A DNA stretch of 64,000 nt from assembly GCA_963779755.1 (NCBI GenBank), contig CAVZZO010000001.1, positions 1,152,001 to 1,216,000 of the forward strand, given 5' to 3'. Below, in pieces: positions 50,409-60,457 of this stretch; within the stretch, counting starts at the first letter, position 1, and the number at the start of each line of letters is the position of its first letter. The notes beneath the pieces are model-generated. The model had not been told where the DNA came from and searched no databases. It was given only the letters and a program-made list of their open reading frames with translations. The stretch is from an uncultured Gemmatimonadales bacterium (lineage in GTDB: Bacteria; Gemmatimonadota; Gemmatimonadetes; Gemmatimonadales; GWC2-71-9). Both the position numbers and the translations under genes were made by a program.

Positions 50409-52166
50409 ATGCCCCCCGCGGTACGGGATATTCCAGAGGCTCCAAAACCATTTGTCCCTGAATCGCCCCGGTCCCGAGTCCCAGCGGTGATCTTTTCGAT
50501 CGACTCGAAAGCCTGTGTCGCATGCCTCGCGTGCGTGCGCATCTGTCCGACCGATGCGATCGCCGTCGAGGAGCCGCTGGTGCACATTGTCGACGACGTG
50601 TGCATCCGCTGCGGGCAGTGCTACGCCGTCTGTCCGCACGACGCGGTGCAGGTGAGCGGCGAGCTGGGGCGCGCGCTGGCGATCGCCGCGACCGGCGAGG
50701 GTACGCTGATCCTGAGCCCCGAGGTCGCGGCGCACTTCTATCCGGCCACGCCGGAGCAGGTGGTGAATGCCTGCTACGCGGCGGGCTTCCGGGTGGTAAC
50801 GCGCGGGGTGATCGGCGACGAGCTGGTGGCGGCCGAGTATCTCAGGCTGTGGCACGACGATGCCTGGGGTACCATGCTGCGCTCCACCGATCCGGTGGTG
50901 GTCAGCACCATCACCGCGGCGTATCCCGAGCTGGTGCCCTTTCTGGCGCCCATCGCGTCGCCTCCGGTGGCCGAAGCGCGCTATCTCCGCGCGCTGTATG
51001 GCCCGGAGCTGCGGATCGTGTTCGCCGGAATCTGCCCGCCCCAGCACGGCCCCGATCTCGATGCCGGGATCACCTTCCGTGACCTGGAACAGGTCTTTGC
51101 CCTGCGCGGGGTGAGCGTACTGACGCAGCCGGACTATTTCGTGCGGGTGCCGGAGGAGCGGCGCCGCCACCTGAGCGCGGCGGGCGGGTTGCCGCTGGCC
51201 ATGCTGGAGGAGGTGCGCCAGTCCAACAGCCGGTTCCGCAAGGTACGCGGAGTGAACGCGCTGCCGGCGCTGGCGCGGGCGGTGGCGGTGGATCGTCTCG
51301 ACCTCGGCTTCGTGGACATCCTCTCCTATGAGGGGGCGCTGGACCATCCGCTGTCCGGGCCGCCGGAGGAGCTGTTCTGGCGCCGCGCGCTGGTGCAGAG
51401 CACTGAGCCGCCCCGCAGTCGCGATCCGGTAGTGGATACGGCGGTGGTCGCCAGCGTGGGCGCCACCTTCGACATCCGGCCCCAGCGGCATGCCGCCGAT
51501 CCGGACGCGGTTGCCGCGGTGCTCAAGGCCATTGGCCCGGGGCCCAACGGCCGGCCCTGGGATTGCCGGGCCTGCGGCTACGAGACCTGCGCGGAGTTTG
51601 CCGAGGCGGCGGCGCTGGGCCGGGCCGCCCTGCGGCAATGCGCGCCGTTCCAGGAGCGGCGGGCGGAGGAGGCGCAGCGCGCCGCGGCGGTAGACCTGCT
51701 GACCGGTCTGGCCACCTTCCGGGTGCTGCGCGACCGGCTCCAGTTCGAGGTGGAGCGCAGCAAGCGGAACGGCGAGGCCTTCGCCACCCTGTTCATCGAT
51801 CTGGACCATTTCAAGCAGGTGAACGATCTTCACGGCCATGAAGCCGGGAACGAGGTGCTCCGGGCGGTGGCGGCGGAGATCCGCTCCGCGGTGCGCGCCT
51901 CGGATCTGGCGGCGCGCTACGGCGGCGACGAATTTGTGGTCATCCTGACACGGACCGATCTGGCGGGGGCGTCGCGGGTGGCCGAGGCGCTGCGAGCCGG
52001 TATCGAGGGGGTGGGGCGGCGGCTGGGGTACGGTGTCGGGTTGGTGACGGCCAGTGTGGGGCTGGCAGAATACAACCCCGAGGAGCCGCCGGAGGGTGAC
52101 CTGCTGGTCCTCGCCGACCGCTCGCTCTATGTGGCTAAGTCCGCCGGGCGGAATGTGGTGGCATGA
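50409..52166 (+). CDS. Fe-S diguanylate cyclase: 2x[4Fe-4S] ferredoxin + degenerate [FeFe]-hydrogenase-like domain + FeS domain + GGDEF
   Basis: CVACLACVRICP, CIRCGQCYAVCP, YPELVPFLAPIASP, DCRACGYETC..C, DLDHFKQVND, RASD..RYGGDEF. Start uncertain. Confidence 0.85.
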   Translation: MPPAVRDIPEAPKPFVPESPRSRVPAVIFSIDSKACVACLACVRICPTDAIAVEEPLVHIVDDVCIRCGQCYAVCPHDAVQVSGELGRALAIAATGEGTLILSPEVAAHFYPATPEQVVNACYAAGFRVVTRGVIGDELVAAEYLRLWHDDAWGTMLRSTDPVVVSTITAAYPELVPFLAPIASPPVAEARYLRALYGPELRIVFAGICPPQHGPDLDAGITFRDLEQVFALRGVSVLTQPDYFVRVPEERRRHLSAAGGLPLAMLEEVRQSNSRFRKVRGVNALPALARAVAVDRLDLGFVDILSYEGALDHPLSGPPEELFWRRALVQSTEPPRSRDPVVDTAVVASVGATFDIRPQRHAADPDAVAAVLKAIGPGPNGRPWDCRACGYETCAEFAEAAALGRAALRQCAPFQERRAEEAQRAAAVDLLTGLATFRVLRDRLQFEVERSKRNGEAFATLFIDLDHFKQVNDLHGHEAGNEVLRAVAAEIRSAVRASDLAARYGGDEFVVILTRTDLAGASRVAEALRAGIEGVGRRLGYGVGLVTASVGLAEYNPEEPPEGDLLVLADRSLYVAKSAGRNVVA

Positions 52167-52206
52167 GCGCCCGGCATCGCTCTCTACCCCGGGCAAAGGA
52201 TTTGCA

Positions 52207-52944
52207 TTGACTTCCTTCTCACCTCGTCCCCAGGATCCCGGCCAGCCGAGCCGGCCGATGACGGAGATGACTCCCGATCCCTGGGGGGTGCGGCGGGCGG
52301 AGAACCTGCTGGCCAGCCTGGAGGGAATTCTCTCGGCGCGGGTCATCACCACGCCCCTGGGCGAGGTGAGCGAGGTCCACATTCTGGCGCAGGCCGGGCT
52401 GGCGCCCAAGCAGATCGTGCGGAACGTGGAGTCCGCCCTGCTGGCGCAGCTGGGCCTGAAGGTGGACCACCGCAAGATCAGCGTGGCGCAGACGGCCGAA
52501 GTGCGGCCGCTGGAGGCGCTGGACCGGGAGGCGGTGCGCGACCGGGCCATGAAGCGCGGGGTCCTGTTCGAGGCGCTGGCGGTCTCGCCGGGGCGGCCGC
52601 ACCGGCTGGCGATCCGGGTGTCGCTCTCCTACGACGGCCAGAGCGAGACGGCCGAGGAGGAAGCCGCGGATACCACTCGGGGGCGGATCGAAGGCGCCGC
52701 GCGGGCGGCGGTGAGCGTGCTGGACAAGCTGCTCAAGGAGAGTTCGGTGGCGCTGGAGGGCGCCAAGATTTTCGAGGCATTCGACCGCGAGTTCGTGCTG
52801 GCGGGCGTGCAGGGTCTGGGGGGGCGGGATTCGCTGCTCCTGACCGGCACGGCGCAGATCAAGGACAGCCCCGAGCGGGCGGCCGTCTTTGCGGTCCTGG
52901 ATGCAACCAACCGCTGGGTAGCGCCCCGGCGGAGCGCGGTGTAG
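52207..52944 (+). CDS. Conserved hypothetical cytoplasmic protein
   Basis: AAAGGA RBS before TTG 52207 (alternative ATG 52258); EVHILA..PKQIVRNVESAL..VDHRKISVAQ and AVLDATNR. Confidence 0.8.
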   Translation: MTSFSPRPQDPGQPSRPMTEMTPDPWGVRRAENLLASLEGILSARVITTPLGEVSEVHILAQAGLAPKQIVRNVESALLAQLGLKVDHRKISVAQTAEVRPLEALDREAVRDRAMKRGVLFEALAVSPGRPHRLAIRVSLSYDGQSETAEEEAADTTRGRIEGAARAAVSVLDKLLKESSVALEGAKIFEAFDREFVLAGVQGLGGRDSLLLTGTAQIKDSPERAAVFAVLDATNRWVAPRRSAV

Positions 52945-53154
52945 GTGTCGAGCCGGTGACCCCGCGCGGGTGAGCCGGCGGCTGGACCGTTTTCGACATT
53001 CAGGATAAGGAGATAAGGGGGGAGGGGGCCGCAGTTTTCGCAGTATCAGCGGAGGCTAGCGGTACAACACGAGCGGAGCGTCCGGTGGGCCATAGCGAGG
53101 CTTGCCACTTCCGAAGGTACGGTCTCAACGTGACTGGACGAGGGGGTGACGCTC

Positions 53155-53220
53155 ATGTTCGCATCTGCTATCAGATGGATTGCCAAGGCCCTGTGGTTGA
53201 CTGAAGGACAAGTCTGGTAA
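53155..53220 (+). CDS. 21-aa peptide MFASAIRWIAKALWLTEGQVW, candidate signalling peptide
   Basis: GAGGGGGTG RBS shortly before the ATG, clean TAA, 37 nt before the HD-GYP gene; absent from the supplied ORF track. Confidence 0.7.
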   Translation: MFASAIRWIAKALWLTEGQVW

Positions 53221-53257
53221 TTCACAGAGCCTGGCCCCCTTTCCTCGTCTTCCCCCC

Positions 53258-54638
53258 ATGCGCAAGCCACCACTGATTACCTCCTATGTGGCCACGGTGG
53301 GCTTTTTTGCGGCCGTGGGACTTGCGTGGTCTTTTATGCACCGTTTCCCTGCCCCAAGTCCGTGGGATTTGGGTGCGTTCTTGTTGGTTGCTCTAGTCAT
53401 CGAAAGCACGAACTCCTCCCTAAGAATCCATGCAAAGGGATCGGCGAGTTTCATTGTTCACATGGCGGCTGGCCTTTTGTTCGGTCCCTTCTGGGCTGCA
53501 CTGATTGCTGGGATTTCAACCGCTGTAAACCAGACCTTCGCGTTGCGAGTTCCGGCTATCCGCGTTGCTTTCAATGTGGCGCAAAGAGTCCTCTCGATAT
53601 CAATTGCTGTTCTCGTATATGAGTTGCTGGGGGGGCATTTGCCCCCGGTGTACCTGTCCGGGGCTACTGGAATTAGTCCGCTAGAGGTCCAGCGTGATCT
53701 TGGACTCTTCTTTGTATTCTCCTTGACCTACTTTGTTATTAACTCCGCCTCTGTTAGTGCTGCGATCGCTATCAGCTCTAGGCGTCAGTTCTTGGAGGTG
53801 TGGGGGGGGAATACGAAGGGAGTTGTAGGCTACGATCTGGGTGCCAGCGCTATTGCCATCATCATGGCTTGGCTATTTGTATTCTGCCAGAACCAATGGG
53901 GTTTCGGATCAATCGGCATCGTGGGGGTTGTTGTCCCGATCGAATTTGTAAGGAGAATTTATGGGATGTACCGGCACCTTGAGGCTACAAGCCAAGAGCT
54001 GCTGGAGGTGATGGTCAAGGCCATTGAGGCGCGAGATCCTTACACATCGGGTCACTCGGAGCGAGTGGCTAAAATATCCCAGCGTGATTGCCCAACAGCA
54101 CGGTGGACTGGTGCTGAGGAAATAGAAAAGATATATAAGGCCGCTCTTCTTCACGATGTTGGAAAGATGTATGAAGAGTATGCGCCCTTACTGCGCAAGG
54201 AATCAAAGCTGACGCCCGAGGAGCGGGAGCTGCTTACAGACCCATGCTGTCAGAAGCGCTGAATTGGTCGGGATCGTTTCTGATTTTAGAGGGACTGTTC
54301 TTGAGGCAGTAAGAAGTCATCATGAGCGCTGGGATGGCCGTGGCTATCCAAACGGGGTCGCGGGTGAAGGGATTCCCATTGGGGCTCGGATTATCATGGT
54401 CAGCGGATACAATAGATGCAATGACTACTGATCGACCCTACCGTAAAGCGCTGGGGGCGTAGATGTCGTGATGGCGGAGTTGCAGAGACACCGAGGAACT
54501 CAGTTTGACCCGAAGCTTGTGGACCTTGTCATGGGGTCAGTTACGATTAGGAGACAGATCGGGGCCTTCGGTACCTCTCAAACTGAGGGAGGAGAGGCAG
54601 TCGAAAGATCTGTTCATCTGATCAAAAGAATTCAATAA
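53258..54638 (+). CDS. Membrane-sensor HD-GYP phosphodiesterase, frameshifted in this sequence
   Basis: Multi-TM N-terminus; EARDPYTSGHSERV and LLHDVGK; shifted frames continue with HHERWDGRGYP (54318-54350), ARIIMVADTIDAMTTDRPYRKAL and GTQFDP, ending at TAA 54636-54638. Confidence 0.85.
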
Positions 54639-54643
54639 ACTAC

Positions 54644-57600
54644 TTACGGGGCCACCTCGAATGGCGGGCTTTGCCCGAGGCTCTCAATCTGGACTAAGCA
54701 TGGTCCCGGCAGAGCTTCTAGAATCCGGTAAAGCTCCTCTGTCTGCTCAACTCTCTTCTCTCCCTGCTCGCCATTGAGCCATAGGCTCGCAGCCAATATC
54801 TCAGCCCGATCTAGGGTATCAAACTCATGAATCCGCGAAAGGAGCGAGTCGATGATGGTCCGTGCCTCTCGCTCACGCCCTTGGTAGGTGCCCACAAAGG
54901 CGGTGTGTCTTGCGAACGAACCGGCGATAGCCGCATAGGCTAGCTGGTTACCCTGGCGACCGAGGGCTTCCTCTGCCACGGCTAAGGACGCTTCAGTGTT
55001 ACCAAGAGCTCGGTAGACATCCGCGGTGCGCAGGCCGACGAGCTGTTGCATGGCCGGGATAGTCATTGCTGCGAGCTCCCTATGGCGTTTCTCAAGTAGT
55101 GCCGCTGCCTCTGAGCGTCGACCACGCAGAGCAAGGCTCCAAGCATAGTTGAGGTACTGTGATAGGAAGTGGCCGTCATGGTTCATTGAAGGCCGTCTCA
55201 TTAGTTCCGCAACCCAGCGTGCCTGCTCTTCGTAATCCCCTAGTCTGAAATTGCACAGTGCGAGATTTGCACTGCAGACTTCTTGCTGGCCTTCATGCCC
55301 GAGCGCTACAGCCAGCTCATAAGCTTTCTCGAACGGATGGAGAGCTGATTCATACTCGCCACGATTACAGAGCATGCATCCTAGGGCATTGTTCAATCGT
55401 GATGTGACGGAGCTGTTTATCTGTTCGTCTTCCAACTTGACAATCTGATCTCGCAGCACCTGGAGGGCCTCTAGACCCTCTGGTGTGCGGTAGGCGAGCT
55501 GTGCGATCACCAAGGCGCGCTGTGCTGCTGTTAAGAGATCAAGGTCTTCATCGGCCGCCGTCCGAAGGATCTCTAGCAAATCCTTATCAAGGGTGTAGTC
55601 CTCGCGCATCGTGCGAAGAGCAGCTGCATGGCCGAGGGCTCTCACCCTGATGTTGGGGTCGGTGGAATTGCGTGCGAGTTTCTCAAGTCGAAGCAGAAGC
55701 TCGAGGCTTTCGTCTGAAGATGTGTTTCGTGATTGGCGCCTTGCCTCTCCAAGCATGAGGATCGCCAACTCGGCATTCCTCTCCCTTAGCTTCGTTGGCT
55801 CCCCCAGCACCTCCAGCGACTCCTCCCACCGACCCTGTTCCTGCAGCGCCTCCGCCCAGATGAGCCGGGCCTCCTCCTGCGTCTCCCCCTTCAGCGAATT
55901 GAACGCCGAGGTCAGCGCCCGCTCCGCCTCCAGGGGGGCGCCCTGGCGAATGGCTTCCCGAGCGCCCGCCAGCAAGTACGGCGTCGCCTGCTCGGTCCGG
56001 CCGGCCCGCATGCAATGCCAGGCGATCTCCAGACCCGGCACCGCCTGATCCTTCAGTGCCAGCAGCCGGTCGGCGATGTTGCCGTGCAGGGTGCGCCGCA
56101 GCGGGGAGGGCACCGCCAGGTAGGCTTCCGCCCGCACCAGCTCGTTGCTGAACTCCAGCCCCCGGCTGCCGTCACGCAGCACCCGCAGATCGGTCAGCCG
56201 CGCCAGGCTCGACATGGTTTCGCTCAGCGCCAGGTCGGCCAGCGCGTACATATCGAGGTCGTTGAGCCGGCTCCCCAGCAGGGCGGCCAGCCCCAGTGCG
56301 GTGCGCGCCGAGGCGGGAAGCTCCCGCAGCAACCGCTCGAGAATCAGCCGGTAGGCGTCGCCGGCCCGCTTGCCCGGGCTCAGGTCTTCGGTCATGGCGC
56401 CCAGCGAGAGCGCCAGGGCCCCGTCACCGTTGGCCTGCCAGTCGCGCACCAGGTGCTCCAGCACCATGGGATAGCCGGCTGCGGCGCTCAGGATGGCGCG
56501 CCGGGCGACCAGCGGAGGCGCCGGGTCGTCGCCCACCAGGGCAGCCAGCAGGGCGGCGCTCTCGTCTTCGCTCATGGGCGGCAGGTCGAGCGAGGTCATG
56601 CGGATGCCGCTGCCGCCCTCTCGCAGCCGCACGGCGTTGGGCGAACGGTCCAATTCGGCGGGCCGGCCCGCCGCCAGCATCATGATGCGTTGGCGGTCGA
56701 GCCGGCGCAGCACCAGGTGGAGCACGGCCAGCGTGGCATCATCCGCCAGGTGCAGATCGTCCAGGACCAGGATGACCGGAAGATCCTCGGCCAGCGTGGT
56801 CAGCAACTGGAAGGCGGCTTCGGCCAGCCGCAGCCGGGCCGTCTCGCCCAGGCTCTCCGGCGGCTCCGGAATGCCGGGAAAGCGCCGGCGCACCTCGGGT
56901 TGAAGCCGGGCCAGCTCCGCCAGCCACTCCGGCGCCGTTCCCGCCACCCCCGGAAGCCGCAGGAGCCCTTCGATCAGGCTCCCCAGCCCGGCATAGGGGA
57001 TCTCCTGTTCCAGCTCGTAGCACTGCACCCGGCTCACCGCGGCGCCCTCCAGCTCGGCAGCCGTCATGACGCGGCCCAGCAGCGTGCTCTTGCCCACCCC
57101 GCTGTCGCCCAGCACGAGGGCATGCGACGGGTTGCCCCGGCGGGTTTCCTCCCACAACTCGTAGAGCTGCTGGTACTCCCGGGTGCGGCCGAGGAAGAGG
57201 CGTCCGCGCCACTGCTCGGTGCGGATGGCGGGAGATTCTCCCGAGGGCACCCGCTCCCAGCCGCGCCGGCGCAGCCGGGCCGCCATCTGCTCCAGCTCCG
57301 GCGAGGGCTCGGCCTGCAGCTCCTCGGCCAGACGGGCGCGCCACTGCTCGTAGAGCTTGAGGGCGCTCAGACGGTCCCCCTCAAAGGCGCGCGCTTCCAT
57401 CCGGGCGCGAATGCCCTCTTCCGACAGCTCGTCCAGGCCCAGCAGGCACTCGGCGTGGCGGTCCATCTCCCGGAAGGCGCCGGTGCGGCGGCAGCGGTCG
57501 ATCAGCAACCGCAGGGCGTCGCGCACCCCCGGCAGCCAGCGAGCCCACTGGCGTTCCCGCCACAGCTGGAACTCGGGAGCATCGGGGATCTCGAACTCCT

Positions 57601-57970
57601 CGAGGAATCCGGCTATCACCAGCGGCGGCGTGTAGTCGTCTCCCAGGACGGTACCGTCGGTGAGCCGGTCGAGATCCAGCGCGAAGTCGGACGGAGAGAA
57701 GCGGACGTGGTCGCGGTCGGTCTCCAGGGATTCCCGTCCCAGCTTGCCCCGGAGCACCGACAGGGCAGTGGCAAGCGAATGACGGCCCTCGCCTGCCGTC
57801 ACATTGGGCCAGAGAAACTCGGCCAGGCGCTCCCGCCGGTGGGGCACGCCCCTGGCCTCGGCGGCGAGATAGAGCAGCAGCGCCAGGTGTTTGCGCACCC
57901 GGAACCGGCTCTCCTCGCCGTTGGGGAGGAGCAGCTGAGGTTGTCCCAGAAACCTGAGATAGTAGGGCAT
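54644..57970 (-). CDS. SARP/BTAD transcriptional regulator with STAND AAA ATPase and TPR domain
   Basis: LRFLGQPQL, KHLALLLYLA, RERLAEFLWP, EFQLWRE, Walker A GDSGVGKST, Walker B LVLDDLH, C-terminal TPR-like helices. Confidence 0.9.
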   Translation of the reverse strand: MPYYLRFLGQPQLLLPNGEESRFRVRKHLALLLYLAAEARGVPHRRERLAEFLWPNVTAGEGRHSLATALSVLRGKLGRESLETDRDHVRFSPSDFALDLDRLTDGTVLGDDYTPPLVIAGFLEEFEIPDAPEFQLWRERQWARWLPGVRDALRLLIDRCRRTGAFREMDRHAECLLGLDELSEEGIRARMEARAFEGDRLSALKLYEQWRARLAEELQAEPSPELEQMAARLRRRGWERVPSGESPAIRTEQWRGRLFLGRTREYQQLYELWEETRRGNPSHALVLGDSGVGKSTLLGRVMTAAELEGAAVSRVQCYELEQEIPYAGLGSLIEGLLRLPGVAGTAPEWLAELARLQPEVRRRFPGIPEPPESLGETARLRLAEAAFQLLTTLAEDLPVILVLDDLHLADDATLAVLHLVLRRLDRQRIMMLAAGRPAELDRSPNAVRLREGGSGIRMTSLDLPPMSEDESAALLAALVGDDPAPPLVARRAILSAAAGYPMVLEHLVRDWQANGDGALALSLGAMTEDLSPGKRAGDAYRLILERLLRELPASARTALGLAALLGSRLNDLDMYALADLALSETMSSLARLTDLRVLRDGSRGLEFSNELVRAEAYLAVPSPLRRTLHGNIADRLLALKDQAVPGLEIAWHCMRAGRTEQATPYLLAGAREAIRQGAPLEAERALTSAFNSLKGETQEEARLIWAEALQEQGRWEESLEVLGEPTKLRERNAELAILMLGEARRQSRNTSSDESLELLLRLEKLARNSTDPNIRVRALGHAAALRTMREDYTLDKDLLEILRTAADEDLDLLTAAQRALVIAQLAYRTPEGLEALQVLRDQIVKLEDEQINSSVTSRLNNALGCMLCNRGEYESALHPFEKAYELAVALGHEGQQEVCSANLALCNFRLGDYEEQARWVAELMRRPSMNHDGHFLSQYLNYAWSLALRGRRSEAAALLEKRHRELAAMTIPAMQQLVGLRTADVYRALGNTEASLAVAEEALGRQGNQLAYAAIAGSFARHTAFVGTYQGREREARTIIDSLLSRIHEFDTLDRAEILAASLWLNGEQGEKRVEQTEELYRILEALPGPCLVQIESLGQSPPFEVAP

Positions 57971-58369
57971 CGGCCTTGCCCGGGACCCGCGAGGGACGAG
58001 TAGTCTGCCGCCACCGATACAACCAAGTCTCAACTGCTTTGGGGGCCGCCGGATGGGACGGGCCCCCTCCCGGTATCCTGCGCCGCGAAACGACGGTTGT
58101 CCAGCGAGAGCGGGGAGGCGTTCCGGACCCGGTGGGTCAACCGGGACGCCCCTTCACGATCCAGGGCCGCTCTGGCCCATCCTTTTTCCTGGTGGGCATA
58201 AGCATTGCTCAATCCAGGGTATCCGCGCGGTCCCGGATGGTGCCGGACCGGCGCGGTACGTCCTAACATCAAGCATATCAACGTAGTACGAGCTTGTACC
58301 CGTGGTTCCGCCTGGGAACGAAAGCGGGGGGCAGGTCACGCGAAACACCAATGCCAGGAGCCGGGATCC

Positions 58370-59263
58370 ATGCGCAAACTGCAAGCTGCAATCCTCATCG
58401 CTCTGACGCTTGCTGCCGCCTGCAGTAGCGACAAAACGGGGCCCAGCGCCCAGCTGACCGACGCGTCGGCCCAGACGGTGGGTGCTGCGATCGCCGATCA
58501 GATCGCGCTGACCGCCACCTCGTTCACGGTGAACGGCGTCAGCCAGCCGCTGGTCTTCGCCCCGGCCATGGCGCGGGCAATGGGAGCCCCGCCCATGCGG
58601 GTGAACGGCCCCTGCCCGGTGGTGAGCAGCACCACCGATACCGACGGCGATGGGGTGCCGGACGATGCCACCTACAGCTACAATGGTCTGCCGGACTGCG
58701 GGTATTCCGACTCGACCGGCTCGTCCGAGCTGACGGGCTCGATCCGGATCACGGATCCGTCGACTACGCAGGTGGGGTACAACGCCGCCCTGACCAACCT
58801 GCTGCTGTCGTCCACCGGGACGAACTTTTCGCTGAGCATCAAGCTGAACGGAACACAGAACGTGCTGGGCGACGCGGCCAACGTGACGCTGTCGCATCAT
58901 CTCACCACCGATCTGGGCGCCAGCGGCAACGGCCAGAGCGTCACCGGCCGGCTGGACGAAAACTGGAACGTGGCGTTCGCCGCCGCCCAGGGTAGCGCCA
59001 TCGCCATGGATTCGCCGCTGCCCAGCGGCACGTTCAACCTCAGCGGGAGCTTCGGCTACGACGTGAACGGCGAGAGCTTCTCGTTCTCGGTGGCGACGCA
59101 GGCGGCGCTGCAGTATGACTCCAGTTGCTTCTCGTCCTATCAGTTCACTTCGGGCGAGCTCCGCGCGACCGTCAACAGCAATAACGGGAACGCCTACATC
59201 AAGATCGTCTACAACGGCTGCGGCGCGACCCCCACGGTGACGCTGGTGGCGACGAACGCGTAA
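58370..59263 (+). CDS. Lipoprotein, beta-rich, with DxDGDG Ca-binding-like motif
   Basis: AGGAG RBS; MRKLQAAILIALTLAAAC lipobox; DTDGDGVPDD; four additional Cys. Confidence 0.8.
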   Translation: MRKLQAAILIALTLAAACSSDKTGPSAQLTDASAQTVGAAIADQIALTATSFTVNGVSQPLVFAPAMARAMGAPPMRVNGPCPVVSSTTDTDGDGVPDDATYSYNGLPDCGYSDSTGSSELTGSIRITDPSTTQVGYNAALTNLLLSSTGTNFSLSIKLNGTQNVLGDAANVTLSHHLTTDLGASGNGQSVTGRLDENWNVAFAAAQGSAIAMDSPLPSGTFNLSGSFGYDVNGESFSFSVATQAALQYDSSCFSSYQFTSGELRATVNSNNGNAYIKIVYNGCGATPTVTLVATNA

Positions 59264-59271
59264 GCCACAGG

Positions 59272-59344
59272 GCGTGAGGGGGTAAGACGTGAGGCGTGGG
59301 GCGGTTCGATCGCTCCACGCCTCACCTTTTTTCCCCCTGATGCC

Positions 59345-59350
<6 letters not shown>
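59272..59350. repeat. Inverted heptamer-like arrays (GTGAGG ... CCTCAC)
   Basis: GCGTGAG GGGTAAG ACGTGAG GCGTGGG ... CTCCACG CCTCACC ... CCTCACG between convergent genes. Confidence 0.7.
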
Positions 59351-60367
<1,017 letters not shown>

Positions 60368-60457
60368 CGGGCGAGGGAACCTCAGGTACGGGTCGCGAGA
60401 ATCAGATGGAGTCTAGTCCGGCTCTGCCCCGAGGGCCAGCCGGTTCCCCGGGATTGT

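Noticed and set aside
50409..51500. Functional [FeFe] hydrogenase
   Set aside because: H-cluster Cys motifs are largely substituted and no maturase genes are present in the window.
53000..55800. Prophage, IS or integrative element as the cause of the low-GC segment
   Set aside because: No integrase, transposase, tRNA target or terminal repeats were seen, and the boundary lies within an intact ORF.
54644..57970. Avs-type antiphage STAND NTPase
   Set aside because: The N-terminus is a wHTH/BTAD transcription-activator module rather than a nuclease, TIR or protease effector.
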